Source of the DNA: an uncultured archaeon
GTDB taxonomy: Archaea; Aenigmatarchaeota; Aenigmatarchaeia; Aenigmatarchaeales; Aenigmatarchaeaceae
DNA: 64,000 nt
Assembly: GCA_964608725.1 (NCBI GenBank)
Contig: CAZSPB010000001.1
Coordinates: 43,696 to 107,695 of the forward strand
Direction of reading: 5' to 3'
In this document: positions 17,602-27,459 of the stretch, one piece after another
Layout of the letters: each line of letters starts with the position of its first letter
Position numbering within the stretch: the stretch's first letter is position 1
Translations under genes and position numbers: made by a program
The notes under the pieces: generated by a model
Seen by the model: the letters and a program-made list of their open reading frames with translations, nothing else
Databases searched by the model: none
Told to the model about the DNA's origin: nothing

Positions 17602-18903
17602 ATGAACATAATAAAATTTGCGTTAAAGAAAGGTGCTGATGATGTTGTAGTTGAAAAAGCAGATGAAATAATGAAGCAAATAAGATTTTCAAATAATTTA
17701 ATTACGGTATCAAAGGTATGGAAAACTTCTGTTTACAAAGTGTTTTTAACTAGGAATAAAAGAGTTGTAAGTACTGTGATTTATGATACTAGAAAAAAAT
17801 CTATAAAAAATGCTATAGAAAACTTGATTAAAGCAACTAAAATAATAGAACCAAATAAAGATTATTATGGAATTGCTAAAGGTCCGTTCAAATACAAAAA
17901 AATTCCAAGGCTATTTGATAAAAAACTTCTAAATGTAGATTGTGTTGATTTAGTAGAAGCAGCTATAAATTCAGCTTTAAAGTATAGCAAGAAAACAGCT
18001 GGAACTTTCGTTTTACATTTTTTAAAAAGGAATCTTGAAACTTCTTCCAAAATTTCAGCTTCTGAAAAAACAACAGCAGTAAGTTTATCCATAAGAGCTT
18101 TTAATGAAAAAGATGAGTCTGGTCATGCTGTTTCTTGTTCTAGAATTTTAAGCGAATTTAGGCCAGAGAAAGCAGGAGAGAAAGCAGGCAAAATAGCAAA
18201 ATTGGCAAAAAAACCAAAAGAAGGAAAAAAAGGAAAGTTTGATGTAATATTTGATCCTCTTTCTATAGCAAACTTGTTAAGTTTAGTAGGTCAGTTTTCT
18301 TCCATTTTTTATGTTGAGTCAGGACTTTCATTTTTGAGAGACAAGTTGAATAAAAAAGTTGGCAGTGAAAAAGTTACACTAATCGATGATGGGAGAATAG
18401 AAAATGGAGTTAACTCAACTTTATTTGATGAAGAAGGAGTTCCAACAATGAGAAAAGTAATTATAGATAAAGGCATACTAAAGACTTATCTTCATAACAC
18501 ATCAACTGCAAAGAAGTACAATGTAGAAACAACTGGAAATGCCGGTTTAATTACTCCATCTCCAACTAATATCATCTTAGAAAAGGGGAAACTTAAGAAA
18601 GAAGAATTGTTTGAAAAAGTTAAAAACGGCCTTTACATAACAAACGTATGGTACACAAGATTTCAAAATTATGTTACAGGAGATTTTTCAACTATACCTA
18701 GAGATGGTATATTCTTGATAAGAAAAGGAGAAATAGTTAGATCATTAAAAAATATTAGGATAAGTGATAACTTAGAAAGAATATTGCTAAATGTTATTGA
18801 TATTTCTAACAAGCCTGAATGGATACATTGGTGGGAGGTTCAGTTCCCTGTTCTCACACCTTACGTTTTGGTAAAAAATGTTAACATTTCAAAACCAATA
18901 TAA
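17602..18903 (+). CDS. pmbA: PmbA/TldE family protein (TldD partner)
   Basis: Starts at the stop of tldD. 433 aa with TldD/PmbA-like C-terminal segments (DEEGVPT, GNAG, TGDF). Confidence 0.75.
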   Translation: MNIIKFALKKGADDVVVEKADEIMKQIRFSNNLITVSKVWKTSVYKVFLTRNKRVVSTVIYDTRKKSIKNAIENLIKATKIIEPNKDYYGIAKGPFKYKKIPRLFDKKLLNVDCVDLVEAAINSALKYSKKTAGTFVLHFLKRNLETSSKISASEKTTAVSLSIRAFNEKDESGHAVSCSRILSEFRPEKAGEKAGKIAKLAKKPKEGKKGKFDVIFDPLSIANLLSLVGQFSSIFYVESGLSFLRDKLNKKVGSEKVTLIDDGRIENGVNSTLFDEEGVPTMRKVIIDKGILKTYLHNTSTAKKYNVETTGNAGLITPSPTNIILEKGKLKKEELFEKVKNGLYITNVWYTRFQNYVTGDFSTIPRDGIFLIRKGEIVRSLKNIRISDNLERILLNVIDISNKPEWIHWWEVQFPVLTPYVLVKNVNISKPI

Positions 18904-21015
18904 TTATAGTTTACATGTAGTACAACCACCGCTATAATCAGCTGGAACTTGAATTTCAAAATTGATTAAATCTTTCTTTTCTTTCAAAGACTCCTCTGTT
19001 ACCAAAACTTGTTTCTTTCTACTCCCATCTCTATAAACAGTAACACCTTTACATCCAAGTTTATAAGCAAGCCAATAGGCCTTTTCTATATCTCTCGGTG
19101 TTGCATGATAAGGGAAATTGATAGTTTTACTTACCGCATTATCAACATACTTTTGAAATGCAGCTTGAATTCTAATATGCCATTCAGGTGTTATGTCATG
19201 GGCCGTAACAAAAATTTTTCTAATATTTTCTGGAATTTCCTCTATATGCTGAATAGATGCTTTTTTCGAAACTTTTTTCATCAATTCTTCAGAATAAAAA
19301 CCTTCTTTTATTGCAATGGTTTCAAACAATGGATTAACTTCTACTAGATTGGTTCCAATTGTATCACCAACGTTTCTCACATAAGAAATTGCAAACAATG
19401 GTTCAATTCCACTTGAACAGCCTGCTATAACACCAATTGAACCTGTTGGTGCTATTGTTGTTACAGTAGCATTTCTCATGGCATCATACTTTCCATCCCA
19501 GATACTCCCTTTAAAATTCGGGAAAGAACCTCTTTCTCTTCCAAGCTCAACTGACATTTTTCTAGCTTCTTCAGAAATGAACTTCATTACTTTTTCGGCA
19601 ACTTCTAAAGCTTTTTCAGAATTGTAAGGAATTCTAAGTTTTATGAGCATGTCAGCAAATCCCATCACTCCAAGGCCAATTTTTCTATTCGCTTTTGTCA
19701 TCTTCTCTATTTCTGGTAATGGATACTTGTTAACATCAATAACGTTGTCCAAGAAATGAACAGCACTTCTAACTGTTTTTCTTAATTTCTCCCAATCTAT
19801 TTCACCATCAACTACCATTTTCGAAAGGTTTATTGATCCTAAATTACAGCTTTCATAAGGAAGTAAAGGCTGCTCTCCACATGGATTAGTAGCTTCTATT
19901 TTACCAATATGAGGAGTAGGATTCGATTTATTAATAGTATCTATGAAAACGACACCAGGCTCACCATTTCTCCAAGCCATAGTTACTATCAAGTTCCATA
20001 TTGCCCTTGCTTTTATTTTTTTCACAGGCTTCTTTGTCCTCGGATTTATGAGATCTATATTTTTATCTTTCAAAACAGCATCCATGAATTCATCAGTAAC
20101 AGCAACAGAAATATTAAAATTATTTAGCTCACCTTCTGTTTCTTTTGCAACTATAAAATCTAAAATATCAGGATGATCAACTCTAAGAATACCCATGTTA
20201 GCCCCCCTTCTCTTACCTCCCTGTTTTATTGCATCTGTATTTGCATTAAAAACTTTCATGAAAGATAACGGCCCAGATGCAATACCACCCGTTGACCTTA
20301 CAACATCGCCTGCAGGCCTTAATTTTGAAAAATCAAACCCAGTACCACCACCTGTCTTTTGGACTAAAGCCATAGCCTTTATAGCATCATAAATACTTTC
20401 TATACTATCTTCTACAGGAAGGACAAAGCAAGCGCTTAGTTGTCCTAAATCAGTACCAGCGTTCATAAGAGTTGGAGAATTTGGTAGGAATTCTAAATTC
20501 ACAAGCATGTTGAAGAACTCTTCTTCAGTTCTCTTAACTTCTTCTTCACTTTTTCCATAAAGTTTGTCTGCAGCTGCTATAGCTTTTGCAACCCTTCTAA
20601 ATAATTGTCTTGGAGTTTCAATTATTCTCAGATTTTCATCCCTTCTCAAATACCTGCTTGCTAAGACAATAAGTGTATTTAAAGGCAATTTCAAATCATC
20701 TTCTACTCCAAGTAAAGCTTTTGCTCTCCTAATTTCAGCTCTTTTTTGCCTATAAAGTATGTAAGCTTTTGCAGTTTTTGCATGTCCATTTTCAATCAAA
20801 ACTTTTTCTACAATATCTTGAACTTGTTCTACTGTTGGTATTTCTCCTTCTTTCAATTGCTTTTCTAAATATGAGACAACTTCATCAGCAAGTTTAGCAG
20901 AAAGTTTTTTATCTTTACCACCAACAGACTTTGCGGCTTTCCATATAGCTTCAGTAATTTTATTCTTATCAAAATCTACTATTCTTCCATCCCTCTTTCT
21001 TATTTTTTTAATCAC
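18904..21015 (-). CDS. nrdJ: Class II (adenosylcobalamin-dependent) ribonucleotide reductase with N-terminal ATP-cone
   Basis: ATP-cone at [24 protein letters not shown]. Finger-loop motif [16 protein letters not shown], plus NPCGEQ and C-terminal CTTC redox cysteines. Length is 703 aa. Confidence 0.85.
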   Translation of the reverse strand: MIKKIRKRDGRIVDFDKNKITEAIWKAAKSVGGKDKKLSAKLADEVVSYLEKQLKEGEIPTVEQVQDIVEKVLIENGHAKTAKAYILYRQKRAEIRRAKALLGVEDDLKLPLNTLIVLASRYLRRDENLRIIETPRQLFRRVAKAIAAADKLYGKSEEEVKRTEEEFFNMLVNLEFLPNSPTLMNAGTDLGQLSACFVLPVEDSIESIYDAIKAMALVQKTGGGTGFDFSKLRPAGDVVRSTGGIASGPLSFMKVFNANTDAIKQGGKRRGANMGILRVDHPDILDFIVAKETEGELNNFNISVAVTDEFMDAVLKDKNIDLINPRTKKPVKKIKARAIWNLIVTMAWRNGEPGVVFIDTINKSNPTPHIGKIEATNPCGEQPLLPYESCNLGSINLSKMVVDGEIDWEKLRKTVRSAVHFLDNVIDVNKYPLPEIEKMTKANRKIGLGVMGFADMLIKLRIPYNSEKALEVAEKVMKFISEEARKMSVELGRERGSFPNFKGSIWDGKYDAMRNATVTTIAPTGSIGVIAGCSSGIEPLFAISYVRNVGDTIGTNLVEVNPLFETIAIKEGFYSEELMKKVSKKASIQHIEEIPENIRKIFVTAHDITPEWHIRIQAAFQKYVDNAVSKTINFPYHATPRDIEKAYWLAYKLGCKGVTVYRDGSRKKQVLVTEESLKEKKDLINFEIQVPADYSGGCTTCKL

Positions 21016-21019
21016 ACTA

Positions 21020-21463
21020 TCACCTCAGAGCTTTTTTGAAAGATTTTACATCTTTAAATGGTTTATAATATGAAGCAAATCTAACATAAGCAACTTCATC
21101 CAACTTCTTCAATTTTTTCATCACAATATCTCCTATTGTTCTGCTTTTTATTTCAGGTGTGTGCAATTCTCTTAATTCTGATTCAATTTCATTCACTAGC
21201 CTCTCTATAGTTCTCAAACTTATTGGCCTTTTTTCACAAGCTTTCATTATGCCAGTTTTTAACTTCTCTCTATCAAATCTCTCTCTTCTTCCATCTTTTT
21301 TAATAACGATAAGGTCAAGGCTCACCCTTTCGTAAGTGGTGAATCTCTTTTTGCATTTTAAACATTCCCTTCTCCTACGTATAACTTTTCCTCTTTCAGT
21401 ATCTCTTTTATCTATAACGCGAGTTCTGGGTGATTTGCAAAAAGGGCATAGGATGGTTAACAC
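21020..21463 (-). CDS. nrdR: NrdR transcriptional repressor (zinc ribbon plus ATP-cone)
   Basis: CPFCKSPRTRVIDKRD...CLKCKKRFTTYERV zinc ribbon, followed by an ATP-cone (VIKKDGRRERFDREKL). Length is 147 aa. It lies immediately upstream of, and co-directional with, the RNR gene. Confidence 0.8.
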   Translation of the reverse strand: MLTILCPFCKSPRTRVIDKRDTERGKVIRRRRECLKCKKRFTTYERVSLDLIVIKKDGRRERFDREKLKTGIMKACEKRPISLRTIERLVNEIESELRELHTPEIKSRTIGDIVMKKLKKLDEVAYVRFASYYKPFKDVKSFKKALR

Positions 21464-21466
21464 CTA

Positions 21467-21510
21467 TACAATATATTGTGTTTAAAAGACCTTGAAAACA
21501 CAATTGTAAA
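21467..21510. promoter_or_regulatory. Putative NrdR boxes upstream of the nrdR-nrdJ operon
   Basis: Palindrome tACAATATATTGTgtt at 21467-21482 and a partial palindrome aACACAATTGTaaa at 21497-21510, about 28 bp centre to centre, just 5' of the nrdR start codon. The bacterial NrdR-box consensus is an approximately 16-bp palindrome, acaCwAtATaTwGtgt. Confidence 0.5.
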
Positions 21511-21602
21511 GAGAAAAAGTGATTCTACATTTAAACATTTTTCTATACTTCAAAAGATATGTTTTGAGATAGTTTTAAAATTTCATAATTTGATATAAGA
21601 TT

Positions 21603-22166
21603 ATGCGTGCTTTTGTTGGGATTCCAATACCAGAAAAGCTAAAACCAAAGATAGTTAAAATTCAAGAGAGGTTTTCTAGGTTTGATATTAAGCTAGTTGA
21701 ACCTGAAAATTTGCACTTCAACTTAAAATTTATTAAGGAGATAGGAGAAGATAAGATCGAAGTTTTAAAAAAAGAAATCGAAAAAGTTGTAAGTATTTTT
21801 GAACCTTTTTCTCTAAAAGTAGCAAGTTTTGGAGTATTCCCAAATGAAAAGTATTTAAGAGTTATCTGGTTAGGTGTTAAAGATGGTAAAGAGACACTTA
21901 TAGCGTTAGCAAAAGAAGTAAACAATTCTCTTGAAAAGTTTGGTTTAAGAAAAGAGGCCAAGTTTGTACCACATTTAACTTTAGGGAGAGTTAGAAGTGG
22001 AAAGAATAAAGAAGAAATACTAAGAATAATAGAAGAATTGAAAGATGTTGATATAGGTGAAATGAGAGTTGAAAAAGTTGTACTTTTCAAATCAACTTTA
22101 ACTTCTAAAGGCCCTATATATGAAGAAATATTCTCAGTAAATCTTGGGAGTAAAGAAAAATGTTAA
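21603..22166 (+). CDS. 2'-5' RNA ligase / 2H phosphoesterase (LigT/ThpR family)
   Basis: Two H-x-T/S-x motifs, LHFNLKF and PHLTLGRV, in a 187-aa protein. Confidence 0.7.
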   Translation: MRAFVGIPIPEKLKPKIVKIQERFSRFDIKLVEPENLHFNLKFIKEIGEDKIEVLKKEIEKVVSIFEPFSLKVASFGVFPNEKYLRVIWLGVKDGKETLIALAKEVNNSLEKFGLRKEAKFVPHLTLGRVRSGKNKEEILRIIEELKDVDIGEMRVEKVVLFKSTLTSKGPIYEEIFSVNLGSKEKC

Positions 22167-22199
22167 ATTTACCTAAGAATTAATAATTTTTAGATTAAA

Positions 22200-22394
22200 A
22201 TGGTAAGCCTAATTAACAAATTAGATGTACCTTTACTAGGCATAGTTTACATAGTTAGTGTTATTATAGTTTTCTTATACTATTATGAAAAAATTGATCT
22301 AGGATTTTTAACTCTCATCTCTTGGTTTATAGTTTTGCTTGGTGCATTAGGATTTGTATGTTATGTTTTCAAGAAGGTTAGTAAAACAAGATAG
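22200..22394 (+). CDS. Small membrane protein (64 aa)
   Basis: ORF track; two hydrophobic helices. Confidence 0.3.
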   Translation: MVSLINKLDVPLLGIVYIVSVIIVFLYYYEKIDLGFLTLISWFIVLLGALGFVCYVFKKVSKTR

Positions 22395-22620
22395 GGTATT
22401 TTGTTTTCATACTTTCTAATAACCTTTCAGAAATAGCAAGATCTATTTTCATATCCATTTCAGCTAACTTTAACAGTTCGATAATTTCATCTTCCAACAG
22501 CTTTTCTTTACCTATAACGTAAACACGTCTTCCATTTTCTTCTCTAACTTCTATCTTTTTTCCTTTTTTTATACTTTCATATAACTTCTCCAAAGGCCTA
22601 TATTCTTTTGGTAAGTTCAT
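22378..22620 (-). CDS. Hypothetical protein (80 aa)
   Basis: ORF track; charged and helical, no motif recognised. Confidence 0.3.
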   Translation of the reverse strand: MNLPKEYRPLEKLYESIKKGKKIEVREENGRRVYVIGKEKLLEDEIIELLKLAEMDMKIDLAISERLLESMKTKYPILFY

Positions 22621-22663
22621 ATTTATAATTACTATTTGGTAGTATATAAATTTACTACTAGAA

Positions 22664-23053
22664 GTGGTAAAGAATGTTTATCATCCCTCTTTTCTTATTC
22701 ATTTTATGAACTTATTAAAAATTTCAGTTATAACATCTATCATAGGATTAATTCTACTTTTTCTTTTTGCTAATTCTCTTACAAAAGAAGTAACAAAAAT
22801 ATCTTCTCTTAAAATCGGCCAAATAGCAAGAATAACAGGGATGGTCACATCTTTTTATCATAGTAAAAAAGGTCACATCTTTTTGAAAGTTGCTGATAAT
22901 ACTGGAGAGATAGATGTAGTAGTTTTTAACAGTTCAAAAGAAATAGAAAAAGTTAGAAATCTTGAGTTAGGAGACGAGGTTGATATAATAGGGAGAGTTG
23001 AAGAGTATAAGGGTAAAAAGGAAATAATACTTAGAGAAATAAGAAAAATTTAA
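22664..23053 (+). CDS. Membrane-anchored OB-fold nucleic-acid-binding protein
   Basis: N-terminal TM helix, then an OB-fold pattern ITGMVTSF...IFLKVADNTGEIDVVVF...GDEVDIIGRV. Confidence 0.5.
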   Translation: MVKNVYHPSFLIHFMNLLKISVITSIIGLILLFLFANSLTKEVTKISSLKIGQIARITGMVTSFYHSKKGHIFLKVADNTGEIDVVVFNSSKEIEKVRNLELGDEVDIIGRVEEYKGKKEIILREIRKI

Positions 23054-23078
23054 ATATAACTGAGTAGTAGTAAATAAT

Positions 23079-23285
23079 ATGGAAACTAAAGCGAACTCTC
23101 CTTATGATGCAATAAAGAGGCACTTAGAAGAAGTAAGATATGAGGGCGTTGATAGACTTCAAAAAGTTGTTAGAGGCTCAGGTTTTGATGTTGGTATTGA
23201 AATTATTTACAGTATCTTAAGGAACATGGAAGGAGCAGGTGAAATAAGAAGGACAGGGGACGTTGTAGAGTGGATAGGCACTTAG
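23079..23285 (+). CDS. Small hypothetical protein (68 aa), possible winged helix
   Basis: ORF track. Helix, then a GxG turn, then a beta hairpin (RRTGDVVEWIG). Confidence 0.3.
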   Translation: METKANSPYDAIKRHLEEVRYEGVDRLQKVVRGSGFDVGIEIIYSILRNMEGAGEIRRTGDVVEWIGT

Positions 23286-23596
23286 ATTATGTGTTTTATT
23301 CTTCTCTTTACTTCCCAGTAATGCAATACATCTTTTGTTGTTAAATTTTCTTTTCCTTTTTTCAGTTTTATTATCCTAATACCCATAAACCTACCCTTTT
23401 CGTCTCTATAACCCAGATTTTCAACAAAGTACTCTAGAAAATGATCTATATAATAAGTAAGAGTTGAGATTGGAAGATGAGTTTCTTTTGCTAAATTTCT
23501 TAACCAAATACCATCTTTGTACATTCTTAAGACTCTCAAAATTATTTCCACCTTTTTAGGATCAGGGCCTATAGGTCTTCCGCCTCTTCTTTTCAT
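23282..23596 (-). CDS. Winged-helix DNA-binding protein (104 aa)
   Basis: LRNLAKETHLPISTLTYYIDHF is HTH-like, and basic N and C termini. Transcribed divergently from the iteron array. Confidence 0.4.
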   Translation of the reverse strand: MKRRGGRPIGPDPKKVEIILRVLRMYKDGIWLRNLAKETHLPISTLTYYIDHFLEYFVENLGYRDEKGRFMGIRIIKLKKGKENLTTKDVLHYWEVKRRIKHII

Positions 23597-23740
23597 ATTT
23601 TTTCACTAAGTTTTTTGAACACTGTTCAATAAAAGTTTTATGTAATCTTTAATATTAATATTTTTCCTTTTTCTCTGATATTTTTTCGTTTATTGTCGAA
23701 AAAAACATTGTTTTATAATCGTCAATAAACGACTAAAATG

Positions 23741-24091
23741 TTCACGTGCATGTTCACAAAACCTTCACACTTTCACGTAGGAACTATGAAAATCTTCTCT
23801 CAATTAACTCACACATTATACTCATTTTATAATCAAAAAGAAAATTTTATTAAAAATGAAATGTAACATAAAATTATGTTCACGTGAACTTCACGCGTGA
23901 AGATGTGAACTTCACGTGAACTTCACAAAATCTTCACGTGAACATCATGAACTTCACGTTAATGTTCACAAAATCTTCACGTGCAAAACTAATCTTCACG
24001 TGAAGATAGCAATTTCTCGAAGAAAAACAACGAAATATTTAAATATTTAATTCACGTGAATATATACAAGTTCACGTGAACTTCACATGAA
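23741..24091. repeat. Iteron array of at least 12 copies of the palindromic decamer TTCACGTGAA and close variants
   Basis: Perfect copies at 23879, 23911, 23933, 23995, 24051 and 24071. Variants: ttcacgtgca (23741, 23976), ttcacgtagg (23772), ttcacgCGtgaa (23890), ttcacgttaa (23953), ttcacatgaa (24082). Half-sites (ttcaca) at 23751, 23763 and 23965. Spacings are about 11 or 19-23 bp, i.e. helical-turn multiples. The array ends at the start codon of the downstream AAA+ gene. Confidence 0.85.
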
Positions 24092-24109
24092 CATTTTGGT
24101 GTGAATATC

Positions 24110-25210
24110 ATGGTTAATGAAAATAAGGATATCTCAAAATGGGGCTGGAATGCCAACCCATTTGTATTAAAAATTGATCCTAAATTATTTGTTGGTTATG
24201 AAGAACAAATCGATGCAATAAGGAGACATATAAAACATAAACATAAAATAGCTTTGATAACAGGCCGTACAGGCTCAGGAAAAACAACTTTTTTGAAATG
24301 GTTAGAAACCCAGTATGATACAGCTAAAATATATGTGAGTAAACCCCCAAAAAGACCTGAGGAATTTGTATCTTTATTTACTGAGATTTTTGGGTTTAGT
24401 TTTTTCGAAAGATTATTAAGAAGAAAGCCTAACCTTTATACTTTACCGAACTATATTAATAAAAAATTAAAGGGAAATCATTTAGTTTTTTTGTTAGATG
24501 AGGCCCATGAGACAGAGAGAGATGTTTTAGAATGGTTAAGAGTTCTTACTGACCAAATAAATGAAGTGAGCTTAGTAATGGCTGGCTTACCTGTGATGGA
24601 AGGAAAAATAAAAACAGAGTTAGAGACATTAGATCAAAGAATAACAACAAGAATATCTCTCACTTCTCTTGATTTAGAAGAGACAAAAGAGTTAATAAAG
24701 AAAAGAATAGAATCTGTTGGTGGCAAAGGAACATATCCTTTCACAGATTCTGCTATAGAAAAGATATACGAGAAAACAGGAGGGTTTCCTAGAGAGATTT
24801 TAAAGCTTTGTGATAGACTTATAAACACAGCTTTAGAAAAAGGCTTGGACATTATAGATGAAAAAGCAGTAGAAGAACATAAAGAAATAGAGCTTCCAAA
24901 AGTGAGATTAGAAGAGCCAGTTGTCACTTTCATGCCGAAACCACCTTCAGAAGAACAAATAAGAAATTTGCCTTATAAACAAAGAAAGATTTTAGAGCTA
25001 TTAGCTAGAAAAGACTGGCTCACACCTACAGCTATTGTAGAAGAGTTAGGGATAGCAGATAACTACAAGTCAAAAGGCCATGCTATAAGATCAATAAACA
25101 ATATCTTGAAAAGACTCATGCTTGAAGGTTATGTTCAAAGAGAATCTAGAGGAAAAGCTTTTATGTATGCTTTAACACCAAAAGTAAAACCATTTTTTGT
25201 TCAAGCTTAA
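24110..25210 (+). CDS. Orc1/Cdc6-like AAA+ ATPase with C-terminal winged helix (second initiator paralog)
   Basis: Walker A ITGRTGSGKTT, Walker B LVFLLDEAHE, an N-terminal segment GYEEQIDAIRRHI resembling the Orc1 Rx(E)Q(I) region, and a C-terminal wH (GYVQRESRGKAFMYALT). The ORF track starts at GTG 24101; ATG at 24110 is more likely. Confidence 0.7.
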   Translation: MVNENKDISKWGWNANPFVLKIDPKLFVGYEEQIDAIRRHIKHKHKIALITGRTGSGKTTFLKWLETQYDTAKIYVSKPPKRPEEFVSLFTEIFGFSFFERLLRRKPNLYTLPNYINKKLKGNHLVFLLDEAHETERDVLEWLRVLTDQINEVSLVMAGLPVMEGKIKTELETLDQRITTRISLTSLDLEETKELIKKRIESVGGKGTYPFTDSAIEKIYEKTGGFPREILKLCDRLINTALEKGLDIIDEKAVEEHKEIELPKVRLEEPVVTFMPKPPSEEQIRNLPYKQRKILELLARKDWLTPTAIVEELGIADNYKSKGHAIRSINNILKRLMLEGYVQRESRGKAFMYALTPKVKPFFVQA

Positions 25211-25422
25211 TCTTTTGTGAGACTTTTAAGATTCAGTATCCTTTCTGCAAGGGATAACTCGTTAATTTCTCTTCTAGGAAGGCCTAAAGCTATGCCAACA
25301 TATTCTGTTGGAAAACTTTTCTTTCCTTCAGGCCCTTTGAAAGTGCAATAATCACTATTTACATGAGTTTCGTAAGAGTTTAGGGCAGTATAAATTATGT
25401 TTTCAAGCTTTTTGTATTCCAT
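25207..25422 (-). CDS. Hypothetical protein (71 aa)
   Basis: ORF track; no motif recognised. Confidence 0.25.
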   Translation of the reverse strand: MEYKKLENIIYTALNSYETHVNSDYCTFKGPEGKKSFPTEYVGIALGLPRREINELSLAERILNLKSLTKD

Positions 25423-25496
25423 ATTAATTACTTTGAAGTAGTAATATATAAAGATAACGTTTGAAGTAATAATAATTTAAAAAGGAAAAATATTGT

Positions 25497-26057
25497 ATGC
25501 GAAAATTAATTTTGATAGTTGGATTGCCTGGTAGTGGAAAAACTACTGTCGCAGAATTCATAAAAAAACATTTTAATGCTTATATTCTTCACAGTGGTGA
25601 TGTAATAAGAGAGGAAATTAAAAGAAGGGGTTTAAAATATACACCTGAAAGTGATATGTTAATTGCTCATTGGTTTCATACTCACGGAAGAGAAAAGTTA
25701 ATAGCAAAAAGAGTATGGGAAAAGGTTAAAAAAACAAAGAAAAACATAGTAGTCATCGAAGGTTTTAGATCATTAAAAACTGTTAATCACTTTAAAAGAA
25801 TATCCAAAATAACACCCATAATTATAGCTGTTGAAGCAAGCTTTAAAGTGAGAGCTGAAAGAGAGTTAAAAAGAAAAAGATTTGGGAAAAAAGAGAGTAT
25901 AGAATATTTAAAGGCTAGAGAAAAGTTAGAAAGAAAGCACGGGATAATAAAATTAATAAAAAAAGCAGACTTTAAAATCAATAATTCAAGGATGACTAAA
26001 AAACAAACAGAAAAGAAAGTTGTGGAGATTTTAAAAAAAGTTCTTGAATCAAAATAA
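25497..26057 (+). CDS. P-loop nucleotide kinase-like protein (AAA_17 / dephospho-CoA-kinase-like)
   Basis: Walker A LILIVGLPGSGKTTVAEF at the N-terminus, in a 186-aa protein. Confidence 0.55.
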   Translation: MRKLILIVGLPGSGKTTVAEFIKKHFNAYILHSGDVIREEIKRRGLKYTPESDMLIAHWFHTHGREKLIAKRVWEKVKKTKKNIVVIEGFRSLKTVNHFKRISKITPIIIAVEASFKVRAERELKRKRFGKKESIEYLKAREKLERKHGIIKLIKKADFKINNSRMTKKQTEKKVVEILKKVLESK

Positions 26058-26102
26058 ATTTAAATATACAAACTAAAGATATACTAGATAAGGTGAATTT
26101 TT

Positions 26103-26360
26103 ATGGAGATTGTAAGAGCAAAAGATTTAATTGGTAAGGTTATTGTTTCTAGTGATACAGGAAAGAAATTCGGTATAGTTGGTGATGTGAATTTTATAAC
26201 AGAATCAGGAGAATTGATGAATTTGATAATTTCTGAGCCAACAAAACAGGCCCTAGAGCTTAAACTTTCTGAAGATGAGAAAGGCAGGCTTTTAATACCA
26301 TTTTCAGCTGTAAAGTCTGTTGGAGATTTCATTGTTGTTTCAGAGAAGGACATCGTTTAA
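26103..26360 (+). CDS. PRC-barrel domain protein
   Basis: 85 aa. LIGKVIVSSDTGKKFGIVGDVNF pattern and a C-terminal beta region. Confidence 0.5.
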   Translation: MEIVRAKDLIGKVIVSSDTGKKFGIVGDVNFITESGELMNLIISEPTKQALELKLSEDEKGRLLIPFSAVKSVGDFIVVSEKDIV

Positions 26361-26489
26361 TAAAATTTGATTAATTTTTTTATTTTTCTTTAGTTAGTTT
26401 TTCATTTCTGAATTCTTCTATAATTAATGAAAATAACTCATAATCGTTAGTCTCAAATTTTCCTGCCTTTAAAACGTACTTCTCTTTCA

Positions 26490-27446
26490 TTATTTCCCTT
26501 TTGGATCTCTTATTCCTTCAGGAGTAATGACAAATACTGTTTCACCTTCTGGTAAAGATGGACTATCTACAACTCTAGCAATTCTTGTATTGCCTCTAGA
26601 CTTTCTTAAATAAAGTCTATGAGTACTAAAGTGACCTAGAATATGACCACCAATTGGTGCTGTTGGATCACCAAATAGTATATCTGGTCTTGCCATAACT
26701 TGGTTTGTAATGTAAACAGCAATGTTATATACATCCGCAAGTCTTTGTAAAGTGTGAAGATGCCTATTGAGTTTTTGTTGTCTTAAAGCTAACTCTCCTC
26801 TACCAGTATAATCTACCCTAAAATTTGAGGTTACACTGTCAACAATCAGAAGTTTAACATTTTTTTCTTTTATTAATTCACTTGCTTTTTCAGCAAGTAT
26901 CATTTGATGGTCAGAATTATAACATCTAGCAACATAGATATTATCTAAAACCTTTTTTGGATCTAAACCTAAAGCTTCGGCCATTTGTTTTATTCGAGAT
27001 GGTCTGAAAGTATTTTCCGCATCTAGGAAAAGGCACCCTCCTTCTAAACCACCTTCTTCTACAGGTAATTGAACATTCACAGCAAGCTGGAAACCAATTT
27101 GTGTTTTTCCAGCACCAAATGCACCATGAAATTCTGTAACAGCAAGAGTTTCTATACCCCCTCCTAATAAACGGTCAAGATTTTCACTTCCAGTTTTAAT
27201 TTTACCAATATTCTTCCTTTTTTCTAATACATCAGTAGCTTTTTCAAAACCTATTTCTAAGGCCTCTCTTGCAGCATTTATTATTTTTGAAGCAGTTGTC
27301 TCACCTATTTCTGCTATACTTGAAAGTTCCATGGGTGATGCAGCAGCAATAGCCATTACATCAATATACCCAGCATTTCTCAGTTTATCTGCTATTTTTT
27401 CTCCTACTCCAGGAAGATCAGATATATCTTTAATTTTCTTACTCAT
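26490..27446 (-). CDS. radA: RadA recombinase
   Basis: N-terminal HhH domain ([12 protein letters not shown]...), Walker [10 protein letters not shown], Walker B LLIVDSV. The start at the second Met avoids overlap with the upstream gene's stop. Confidence 0.9.
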   Translation of the reverse strand: MSKKIKDISDLPGVGEKIADKLRNAGYIDVMAIAAASPMELSSIAEIGETTASKIINAAREALEIGFEKATDVLEKRKNIGKIKTGSENLDRLLGGGIETLAVTEFHGAFGAGKTQIGFQLAVNVQLPVEEGGLEGGCLFLDAENTFRPSRIKQMAEALGLDPKKVLDNIYVARCYNSDHQMILAEKASELIKEKNVKLLIVDSVTSNFRVDYTGRGELALRQQKLNRHLHTLQRLADVYNIAVYITNQVMARPDILFGDPTAPIGGHILGHFSTHRLYLRKSRGNTRIARVVDSPSLPEGETVFVITPEGIRDPKGK

Positions 27447-27459
27447 AAAATTACCACAC

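Noticed and set aside
23700-23735. Apparent inverted repeat aatcgtcaataaacgactaaa upstream of the iterons
   Set aside because: On inspection cgtc/cgac are not reverse complements; it is not a true palindrome.
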